From assembly GCA_965246965.1 (NCBI GenBank), contig CBDFGD010000001.1, positions 218,631 to 282,630 of the forward strand: a stretch of 64,000 nucleotides of DNA, read 5' to 3'. Below, piece by piece: positions 56,856 to 64,000 of this stretch. Source of the stretch: Vicinamibacteria bacterium. Its GTDB lineage: Bacteria; Acidobacteriota; Vicinamibacteria; Fen-336; CBDFGD01. Numbering within the stretch: position 1 is the stretch's first letter; each line of letters opens with the position of its first letter. The notes below the pieces were generated by a model. The model saw nothing but the letters and a program-made list of their open reading frames with translations, was not told the DNA's origin and ran no database searches. The translations under genes were made by a program, and so were the position numbers.

Positions 56856-57134
56856 CTACGGTATCGGAGGCGGGTCCCGGCGGATGATGAAGACGGTCTC
56901 GCCTGGCGACGCGAGCCCCAGCTCTTCCCGCGCCAGCCGTTCGATCGGCCTGGGGCTGCTGCGCAGCTCCAGAATCTCGCGGGCGAGCCGCTCGTTGTCG
57001 CTTTCGAGCGCCTGGATCTCCGCGGCGAGCGCCGCTACCCGGGCGCGTTCCTCGATGAGGCGCAGGATGCCGCGGTCGCCGATCAGCGCCCCGACGATCA
57101 GCGCCACGAGCGCGATGATCGACGCCAGAGTCAT
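56856..57134 (-). CDS. FtsB/DivIC-family septum formation initiator
   Basis: TM + coiled coil (LAAEIQALESDNERLAREILELR) + LAREELGLASPGETVF. Confidence 0.6.
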   Translation of the reverse strand: MTLASIIALVALIVGALIGDRGILRLIEERARVAALAAEIQALESDNERLAREILELRSSPRPIERLAREELGLASPGETVFIIRRDPPPIP

Positions 57135-57246
57135 CGCCTTGCCGCGCAGGCTGGCTTCTTCGCGAATCTCAGGGCGGGTGCTCACTTGTTGAGTGTTCAC
57201 TTTAAGTTTCTGATTGTAAGTCTCTACCATAACGGGCTTTTAACTA

Positions 57247-57654
57247 TCACCCCTCAATAGGAATCCCGAGCTGCCGACCGCCCTCTCGGGCGGACCCCAG
57301 CTGGTAGCGACGCAGCAGCTCGACGAGCTCCTGGTTGAAACGCTGGAGCCGCTTCAGCCCGGTGCGGAAAGCCCTGAAGCGCCGCACCATCTGACGAGCC
57401 TGTTCGGCATCCGTCCGCTCCAGGTACGTGAAGCCGCCGCTGCCGCCGCTGCGCGTCGAAAGGACGTAGTAGGGGCCGTGCCGCTGCCCGCGGCGGCACA
57501 CGCAGTTCTGCTTACCGCACTGGCCGTAGCGCGTGATCAGCGACCCCTGCAGCTGCTGCCGCAGCGTCAGCAACGAGTCGACCAGCGTGCGCTGCTGTTT
57601 GAGCCGCGCCTTGATTCGACGTTGGAGTGTCTCTTGTTTCGTCAATCTTACAGT
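57247..57654 (-). CDS. CxxC zinc-ribbon protein of unknown function
   Basis: GQCGKQNCVCRRGQRHGPYYVLSTR motif; probable TTG start adjacent to AT-rich palindrome. Confidence 0.4.
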   Translation of the reverse strand, partial: TVRLTKQETLQRRIKARLKQQRTLVDSLLTLRQQLQGSLITRYGQCGKQNCVCRRGQRHGPYYVLSTRSGGSGGFTYLERTDAEQARQMVRRFRAFRTGLKRLQRFNQELVELLRRYQLGSAREGGRQLGIPIEG

Positions 57655-57681
57655 GTAAATTATAAAAAGCACTGTAAGATT
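57644..57681. promoter_or_regulatory. AT-rich perfect palindrome AATCTTACAGTG-N14-CACTGTAAGATT (candidate operator) in divergent promoter region
   Basis: 12-bp perfect arms, 14-nt A/T spacer taaattataaaaag, in a ~70% GC genome; between divergent genes 57247..57654 (-) and 57767..58171 (+). Confidence 0.5.
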
Positions 57682-57766
57682 AGGGAGTCCACCACGCGAT
57701 GTCAAGGAGCTTCGCGGGACCCGAGCGGCGGCGGCCGGCACGGTTAGAATCCGCGACCGGAGGCCT

Positions 57767-58171
57767 GTGATGTGGCTACTGAAGACGGAGCCGACCAGCT
57801 ACAGCTTTTCCGATCTCGAGCGCGATCGGCGCACGGTGTGGGATGGCGTGAAGAACCCGGCGGCGCTCAAGCAGATGCGCGCGATGAAGGAGGGCGATCA
57901 GGCGTTCGTCTACCACACCGGAGACGAGCGGTCGGCGATCGGCATTGCCGAGATCGTTCGAGAGGCCTATCCCGATCCTGATCTCGCCGATCCGAAGCGC
58001 TCGGTCGTCGACATCAAGAAGGTGGCGCGTCTGAAGCGGCCCGTAACCCTGAAGGAGCTGAAGAGTCTGGCGACCTTCGAGGGCAGCCCCCTGCTGCGGC
58101 AGGGTCGGCTGTCGGTGGTGCCACTCACGAAGGCGCAGTGGGCGGCGATCTGCCGCCGGGGCGAGAAGTGA
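57767..58171 (+). CDS. EVE (PUA-like) domain protein
   Basis: MWLLKTEPTSYSFSDL..VWDGVKNPAALKQMRAMKEGDQAFVYHTG. Confidence 0.7.
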   Translation: MMWLLKTEPTSYSFSDLERDRRTVWDGVKNPAALKQMRAMKEGDQAFVYHTGDERSAIGIAEIVREAYPDPDLADPKRSVVDIKKVARLKRPVTLKELKSLATFEGSPLLRQGRLSVVPLTKAQWAAICRRGEK

Positions 58172-58512
58172 GCGAGCGACTCGTGGTGCTGTCGACCGTC
58201 GGCGATGCCGAGGCCGCCGAGGGGATTGCGCGGGACGTGGTCGGGAAGGGCCTGGCCGCGTGCGTCAACATCGTTCCGGGAATCCGCTCGATCTACTCCT
58301 GGAAGGGGCGGATCGAGACCGACACGGAGCGCCTGCTCGTGATCAAGACGACGAGCGAACGCTTCGAGGCGCTGCGCGAGGCGCTCGTGGCGCGCCATCC
58401 GTACGAGCTGCCGGAAGTCGTCGCGCTACCCATCGAGGCAGGGCACCCGCCTTACCTCGAATGGCTCGACGCCGCCTGCGCCGAAGCTACTGAACGTACC
58501 CCAGTGCCCTGA
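58168..58512 (+). CDS. cutA: CutA1 divalent-cation tolerance protein
   Basis: GTG start overlapping EVE stop; LVVLSTVGDAEAAEGIARDVVGKGLAACVNIVPGIRSIYSWKG. Confidence 0.7.
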   Translation: MSERLVVLSTVGDAEAAEGIARDVVGKGLAACVNIVPGIRSIYSWKGRIETDTERLLVIKTTSERFEALREALVARHPYELPEVVALPIEAGHPPYLEWLDAACAEATERTPVP

Positions 58513-58534
58513 GCGTCTCGAGCGCGCGCCGGTG

Positions 58535-59671
58535 TCAGAGCGCCGCCAGACCCAGCTCGAGGTCGGCGATCAGGTCCTCGACCTCCTCGACTCCTACGCT
58601 GATGCGCACCAGGCCGTCCGAGATGCCCATCTCGTCGCGTTCGGCTTGCGAGTAGGCGGCGTGGGTCATCCCGGCCGGGTTCGAAATGAGCGTCTCGACT
58701 CCTCCGAGGCTCTCGGCGAGGGAGCAGAGGCGCAGCGCCTTCAAGAAGCGATTGGCCGCCTCGCCGTCGCCGACGTCGAACGTGATCAGCGCTCCAAAGC
58801 CGGACGCCTGGCGCTTTTGAACCTCGTGCCCGGGATGGTCTTCGAAGCCGGGCCACAAGACGCGACTGACCTTGGGCTGCTCCCGTAGGAAGTTGGCGAT
58901 GCGGACCGAGTTCTCTTCGTGGCGCTGCATGCGCAGCGCCAACGTCTTGACGCCCCGCAGCGTGAGCCACGAGTCGAACGGCGAGAGGATCGCGCCGGCC
59001 GCGTTTTGCACGTACTGAAGCCACTCGGCGTGCAGCTTCGATCGGACCACGGCGACTCCTCCGATGCTGTCGGAGTGGCCGTTCACGAACTTCGTCGTGG
59101 AGTGGACCACGATGTCGGCGCCCCACTCGAGCGGACGCTGAAAGAAGGGGCTCATGAAGGTGTTGTCCACCGCGAGCAACGCCCCCTTGCTGTGGGCGAT
59201 CTCGGCCAGCGCTTCGATGTCGCACACCTTCATGAGCGGATTCGTCGGCGTCTCGATCCACAGCAGCTTGTACGGCTCCGCGTGGGCCGCGACGCGGGCG
59301 GTATCGCTCGTGTCGATCAGCGTGAACGAGATGCCGTAACCCGCCAGGATTTTGTTGAAGAGGCGGTGAGTGCCCCCGTAGAGATTGTCCGAGACGAGAA
59401 CCGAATCGCCGGCCTTGACGAAGGTGAGCACAGCCTGGGTGGCCGCCATGCCGGAGGCGAAGCAGTAGGCGTCCTCGCCCTTCTCGAGGGCTGCGAGGTT
59501 CAGCTCGAGGGCGCGGCGCGTCGGGTTGCCAGTGCGCGCGTACTCATAGCCCTTGTGGTCGCCGACGCCCTGCTGCACGAAGGTGGACGTCTGGAAGATC
59601 GGCGTGGCGATCGCTCCGGTGGCAGGCTCCGGCTCCTGGCCGGCGTGAATGCAATCCGTCGAGAATCCCAT
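58535..59671 (-). CDS. Cys/Met-metabolism PLP enzyme (cystathionine gamma-synthase/beta-lyase family)
   Basis: 378 aa; GAIATPIFQTSTF, PLP-Lys region STTKFVNGHSD. Confidence 0.8.
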   Translation of the reverse strand: MGFSTDCIHAGQEPEPATGAIATPIFQTSTFVQQGVGDHKGYEYARTGNPTRRALELNLAALEKGEDAYCFASGMAATQAVLTFVKAGDSVLVSDNLYGGTHRLFNKILAGYGISFTLIDTSDTARVAAHAEPYKLLWIETPTNPLMKVCDIEALAEIAHSKGALLAVDNTFMSPFFQRPLEWGADIVVHSTTKFVNGHSDSIGGVAVVRSKLHAEWLQYVQNAAGAILSPFDSWLTLRGVKTLALRMQRHEENSVRIANFLREQPKVSRVLWPGFEDHPGHEVQKRQASGFGALITFDVGDGEAANRFLKALRLCSLAESLGGVETLISNPAGMTHAAYSQAERDEMGISDGLVRISVGVEEVEDLIADLELGLAAL

Positions 59672-59793
59672 CGTCGCTCCTCACACCCGGCGCCGCCGAG
59701 CCGCCCCGAAAGGCAGCGAGGATAGCTCGCGCCGAGAAAGCGGGTCAACGGCGAGCGTTACACTCTCCGCATGGACTCCGACTGGAGGTTGGC

Positions 59794-61158
59794 TTGAGAC
59801 TCCGATTCCCGTTTCTCGTTCTGGGCCTCGCCTGCGCCGCGTCCCGGGCCGCGGGCCAGGACCCCGCCGCCGCCGCCGTGGACTGGGCGGCGGTGGGTCG
59901 TGAAGGCATCGAGCTGCTGTCGCGCTACGTTCAGATCGACACGACCGTGCCTCCCGGGATGACGATCGAATCGGCCGATCTCCTCGAGGACTTCTTGAAG
60001 CGCGAGGGTATCGAGTCTCGCCGCTTCGACTCGGAGTCGGGCGTCACGACGAACCTTCTGGCCCGGTTGGAGGCGTCCGTCCCGGCGCAGGGCAAGCCGA
60101 TCCTGCTCTTGCATCACATGGATGTCGTACCTGCGGACGCGTCGCGCTGGGGTCGAGATCCCTTCGGCGGCGAGATCGCCGAGGGGCGATTGTGGGGACG
60201 CGGCGCGATGGACATGAAGGGCATCGGAGTTCTGCATCTGATGGCGCTGGCTGCACTGAAGCGCCAGGCCGTGCCCCTGGAACGCGACGTGCTCCTGCTG
60301 GCCGTGTCCGACGAAGAGGTGGGAGGCGAGCGTGGCGCGCGCTTCATGCTCGAGCATCACCCCGACCTGCTCGACGTCGAGTACGTCTTCGACGAAGGCG
60401 GCTTCGGTGCGAGCGACGTCCTGGCCGAGGGTCGGCTGGTGTTCAACATCGCGGTCGCCGAGAAGAAGATCGTGTGGGTCAAGCTGACGGCCCAGGGCGT
60501 CGCCGGCCACGGCTCCCAGCCGCATCCGGAGAACCCGAATGACCGACTGGTCGCCGCCCTGAATCGGATATTGGCGATGCCGGCGATGGGAGAGGCGCCA
60601 CCCGTCGTGCGGGAGTTGCGATCCCGCGTCGGAGAACTCGCCGACAACAAGTTCACTCATGCGATAACGCACACGACCACTTCGCTGGCGAGCCTGCGAT
60701 CGGGAGTCGGGGTGCCGCCGAAGGTCAACGTCATTCCCTCCGTGGCCGAGGCCACCCTGGACAATCGGCTGCTCCCGGGTGTCAGTGCGGATGCCTTCGT
60801 CGCCGCCCTGCGCGATGTCGTCGCGGATCCGGCGATCTCGATCGAGGTCGTCTACGAGTCGGGCGGGACCCCCGTGACCGCGTGGGACTCGAGCCTCTTC
60901 GAGATCGTCGAGCGCGCGATCCTGCGCCACCATCCCGATGCGATCGTGACGCCCTCGCCGATCCCCTACGGGACCGACTCCAACACGTTCCGGTTGCGCG
61001 GCGCCGGCGCCTACGGGCTGGCGCCGCTCGTCATCTCACTCGACATCGTCTCGTCGATGCACGGTGACGCCGAGGGCGTTCCGACGCAGGGCTTCGGAAC
61101 GGGGGTTCGGATCTTCTTCGAGATCCTGAGCGAGTACGCCGGAGCTACCTCAGGATGA
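59794..61158 (+). CDS. secreted M20-family metallopeptidase (ArgE/DapE/CPG2-like)
   Basis: signal peptide; LLLHHMDVVP, GRGAMDMKG metal-binding motifs. Confidence 0.75.
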   Translation: MRLRFPFLVLGLACAASRAAGQDPAAAAVDWAAVGREGIELLSRYVQIDTTVPPGMTIESADLLEDFLKREGIESRRFDSESGVTTNLLARLEASVPAQGKPILLLHHMDVVPADASRWGRDPFGGEIAEGRLWGRGAMDMKGIGVLHLMALAALKRQAVPLERDVLLLAVSDEEVGGERGARFMLEHHPDLLDVEYVFDEGGFGASDVLAEGRLVFNIAVAEKKIVWVKLTAQGVAGHGSQPHPENPNDRLVAALNRILAMPAMGEAPPVVRELRSRVGELADNKFTHAITHTTTSLASLRSGVGVPPKVNVIPSVAEATLDNRLLPGVSADAFVAALRDVVADPAISIEVVYESGGTPVTAWDSSLFEIVERAILRHHPDAIVTPSPIPYGTDSNTFRLRGAGAYGLAPLVISLDIVSSMHGDAEGVPTQGFGTGVRIFFEILSEYAGATSG

Positions 61159-61855
61159 CGTCGAGCTCGTGTAGCTGACCATCACGCCGCACCGTCGCGT
61201 GCAGCTGGCTGGCGACCCTGGCCGACGGCCAGAGTGAGGCGAGCGCCTGCAGGCTGTCGATCGGCACGTCGTTGATCAGCGTGATGATGTCGCCCGGCCG
61301 CAGACCGGCGACGCTGAGCAAGCTGTCTTCGGGAAAGCGCGTCAGCGAGAAGCCGACGACGACGCCGTGCTCGCGCACGGGGACCAGGGTGGTCTGCTGC
61401 AGGATGCGCGGTATCTCGGCCGAGAGCCGCGCCTCGACGTCGGCGCGCTCGAGAGTGAGCTGCGTCGTCGCGCGTATCGCCCCGCTCGGTGCTTCTGGCG
61501 GCTGCTGCGCGGCCTCGAGACCGCCGCGGCTTCCCTCGATCCCGATCTCGAACTGACGACCGAGATACTCCACGAGGACGCGATCCGCATCGACGCCCAG
61601 CAGGCGCGTACCGAAGGCGCGCTCGCCGATCGATACGACCCGCGTCCGGTCGCCCGAGCTGAGCACGGCGGCACTACGCGAGGGGTCGGCGGCCGCGACG
61701 ACACCAAGAAGCTCGAGATCCTCGGGAAGCAGCGCCTGACCGGAAGCGGGCGCGCTCGGCAGGACGGCGCACACGAACAACGCCGACGCGATCGAGCCGA
61801 CGCCTGCGCCGCTTTGCATCAAACGACGGTACCGGTCCCGACACGAGTGTGTCAA
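61145..61855 (-). CDS. GspC-like PDZ-domain protein
   Basis: N-terminal TM; C-terminal PDZ (GFSLTRFPEDSLLSVAGLRPGDIITLINDVPIDS). Confidence 0.5.
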   Translation of the reverse strand: MTHSCRDRYRRLMQSGAGVGSIASALFVCAVLPSAPASGQALLPEDLELLGVVAAADPSRSAAVLSSGDRTRVVSIGERAFGTRLLGVDADRVLVEYLGRQFEIGIEGSRGGLEAAQQPPEAPSGAIRATTQLTLERADVEARLSAEIPRILQQTTLVPVREHGVVVGFSLTRFPEDSLLSVAGLRPGDIITLINDVPIDSLQALASLWPSARVASQLHATVRRDGQLHELDVILR

Positions 61856-62238
61856 CGACGTGGGCCGCGGTGTCGAGAGAACGGCACAACTGCCAATCGC
61901 ACACCTCCATTATCTATACTGCGTTGAGATCCGTACTGCGTGGAAATCCGCGTCACCGCGAGGCCTGGGCCGACCGGGGCTGGCTAGCTCATTCATCGAG
62001 GGTGAGATAGGCACTGGCGAGGCTCAGCAGGCTGCGGCGCTCGCCGGGAGGCTGCTGGGTGCGCCCGTGACCATCGTGATGACCGATGACGCACCACGGG
62101 CCAAGCGCGCCGCCGGCTTCCGCCGTTCGAACAGCGCCAACTCACCGCTGCTCCGGGCACGAGGTCGAAGGAGTTGATCGCCGTGCAGGCAGGGCTGCTG
62201 TTCGAGTCGCTTTCGGCCGGCTCGCCGCGGAGACCCGC

Positions 62239-64000
62239 TTGATTCTCGCGCTGTACGTCGCGTTCTTCCTGTCCGGAGCCGCGGCACTCATCTTCGAGAA
62301 CCTGTGGTTCCGGCAGGTGGGACTCATCTTCGGCAACAGCGTCTGGGCCAGCAGCATGGTGCTCGCTAGCTTCATGGCGGGGCTCGCCCTGGGCAACGCC
62401 GCGTCGGGGCGCTGGGGCCACCTCGCCCGGCGCCCCGTATTGCTCTACGCCGCCTTCGAGGCAGTCGTGGCTGTGGCGGGGCTGACGCTGGTCTACGTGC
62501 TGCCCGGGATGCCGGCGCTGCTGGCCCCCTTCCTTACGGAGATGATGGATGCTCCCGCCCTGCGCGACGCGGTTCGCCTCTCGGCGGTGTTTGTGATGCT
62601 CGTGATCCCGACGACCGCGATGGGCATGACGCTGCCGATTCTCGCCGAAGCCCTGCGACGACGGCGGCCCGAGTTCGGACGCAACCTGGGTGCGCTGTAC
62701 GGTTGGAACACCCTCGGCGCCGTGGTGGGAGCCGTCGCGGTCGAAGCGGTGCTGCTCGAGGTGTTCGGGGTGACAGGCAGCGCGTGGATGGCCGCTGCGG
62801 TCGCCGTTGGCGCGGCTCTCGTGGCCAGCGCGGTCGCATCTCGCCTCGGCAAAGATGCTGGAGAGCTCGGGGAGGAGCAACGCCGGCTGCTTGCGCGATC
62901 GGGGCGCTTGACCCGGTTCGTCGTTGCCGCGGCGCTGGCCGGCGGGATCATGTTGGCCCTCGAGGTCGTGTGGTTCAGGTTCCTGGCTCTCTTCGCCGTG
63001 GACACCCAGTTGAACTTGGCAGTCATCCTTGCGGTGGTGCTCGCGGGAATCGGCCTGGGCGGCCTCGTGGCATCGAGCTGGTTGCGTTTCGCGCCGGGTG
63101 CCGAAAGACACGCCCGCAGCATCGCGCTGCTGGCGGGACTCGGCGTGGTCGCCAGCTACTCCGGCTTCGACGACTGGATCCGTCACGTCGGTCCGGTGGG
63201 ATTGCGCGCGACGGCCCTCCTGGCCGCCGTGCTGGCGGGGCCGGCGTCGTTCCTGTCCGGAGTTCTCTTCACCCTGCTGGGAGCGGCGCTCAAACGGGAG
63301 TTCGGGGGCACCGCCGCGTCTGTCGGCCTGCTGACCCTCGCCAACACCCTCGGTGGCATGATCGGAGCGCTCGTCGCGGGGTTCTACCTCCTGCCCCATC
63401 TCGGTATGGAGGCTTCGTTCGCGCTGCTGGCGACCGCCTACGGCCTGGTGGCGGCGTGCCTGCCGAGTCTCGACGGAAAGGCTTCGCCGGAGCGGCGCTT
63501 GTCGTGGCTGGCGGCGGGAGCCTGGCTGCTGTTCGTCGCTCTATTTCCCCACGGCCTGATGGAGCGAAGCTACGCGCGGCTCTCCGTTCTGGAGCTCGGC
63601 GAGCCGGGATCGCGCATTGTCGCGTTGCGGGAAGGGTTGACGGAGACGGCGGCCTACCTCGAGAAGCGAGTAGCTGGAGAGCGTCTCCACCTCCGGCTCG
63701 TCACCAACGGGTTTTCGATGTCGGGGACGGAGTTTCGCGCCCGGCGCTACATGCGCTTGTACGTTCAGCTTCCCCTCGCCATCCACCCCGGAATGAAGCG
63801 CTCTCTCCTGATCAGCTACGGCGTCGGCAACACGGCCGACTCCCTCGTGAAGACAAGGGAGCTCGAGAGCATCGACGTCGTGGACATCTCGCGCGACGTG
63901 TTGGAACTCAGCCGCCTCGCGCAACCCGGCTCGTCGCCTCTGTCCGACCCGCGCGTCAGAGTTCACATCGAAGATGGCCGACACTTTCTACAGACGACCC
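62239..64000 (+). CDS. fused MFS-like membrane domain / spermidine-synthase-like protein (partial, runs off window end)
   Basis: continuous frame-1 coding from ~62239 (TTG) with many TM helices then ..VHIEDGRHFLQTT (aminopropyltransferase-like motif); no stop before 64000 so absent from ORF track. Confidence 0.55.
   Translation, partial: MILALYVAFFLSGAAALIFENLWFRQVGLIFGNSVWASSMVLASFMAGLALGNAASGRWGHLARRPVLLYAAFEAVVAVAGLTLVYVLPGMPALLAPFLTEMMDAPALRDAVRLSAVFVMLVIPTTAMGMTLPILAEALRRRRPEFGRNLGALYGWNTLGAVVGAVAVEAVLLEVFGVTGSAWMAAAVAVGAALVASAVASRLGKDAGELGEEQRRLLARSGRLTRFVVAAALAGGIMLALEVVWFRFLALFAVDTQLNLAVILAVVLAGIGLGGLVASSWLRFAPGAERHARSIALLAGLGVVASYSGFDDWIRHVGPVGLRATALLAAVLAGPASFLSGVLFTLLGAALKREFGGTAASVGLLTLANTLGGMIGALVAGFYLLPHLGMEASFALLATAYGLVAACLPSLDGKASPERRLSWLAAGAWLLFVALFPHGLMERSYARLSVLELGEPGSRIVALREGLTETAAYLEKRVAGERLHLRLVTNGFSMSGTEFRARRYMRLYVQLPLAIHPGMKRSLLISYGVGNTADSLVKTRELESIDVVDISRDVLELSRLAQPGSSPLSDPRVRVHIEDGRHFLQTT

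Noticed and set aside
57644-57681. Palindrome as a Rho-independent terminator
   Set aside because: It has a 14-nt loop, no downstream T-tract on either strand, and lies between divergent rather than convergent genes.

Overview
This is a high-GC (roughly 68-70%) bacterial chromosomal window. DUF4388 and PEGA domains, several Hanks-type Ser/Thr kinases, a TatT-type TRAP system and a fused MFS/spermidine-synthase-like protein are consistent with a soil lineage such as Acidobacteriota, Gemmatimonadota or Myxococcota; I cannot name the lineage from sequence alone.

The housekeeping genes I can support are rluA-like, glgP, thrB and thrC, a TRAP transporter (DctP, fused DctQM, TatT), a fabZ-like gene, an omega-amidase/aminotransferase pair, HU, FtsB, CutA, a metB/metC-family PLP enzyme, and a single tRNA-Ala(GGC). 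These are interleaved with an unusually dense set of mobile elements:
- Three near-identical copies of a two-ORF IS3-like element of about 1.52 kb. Two of them sit in opposite orientation with exact 14-bp target duplications that are split between the copies, which implies an IS-mediated inversion of a roughly 4.9-kb thrBC-containing segment.
- An IS1182-family element that is itself interrupted by one of the IS3 copies.
- An IS1595 (ISXO2-like) element with an 8-bp duplication inside a Ser/Thr kinase gene.
- An IS256-family transposase remnant.

Several genes carry frameshifts or in-frame stops, some at homopolymer runs.

The most interesting uncharacterised unit is a minus-strand operon at 2786-6815. 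It encodes a GT4 glycosyltransferase, two paralogous single-pass membrane proteins with a conserved C-terminal Cys motif, and a translationally coupled radical SAM/SPASM-type enzyme.

Other unusual loci are:
- a PQQ-type beta-propeller carrying a pair of EF-hand loops;
- an ACP/FAAL/PlsC tri-domain protein translationally coupled to an MtfA-like peptidase;
- a DUF305/beta-propeller fusion;
- a 35-bp exact intergenic direct repeat flanking the glgP block;
- an AT-rich 12-bp-arm palindrome between a CxxC zinc-ribbon gene and an EVE-domain gene.
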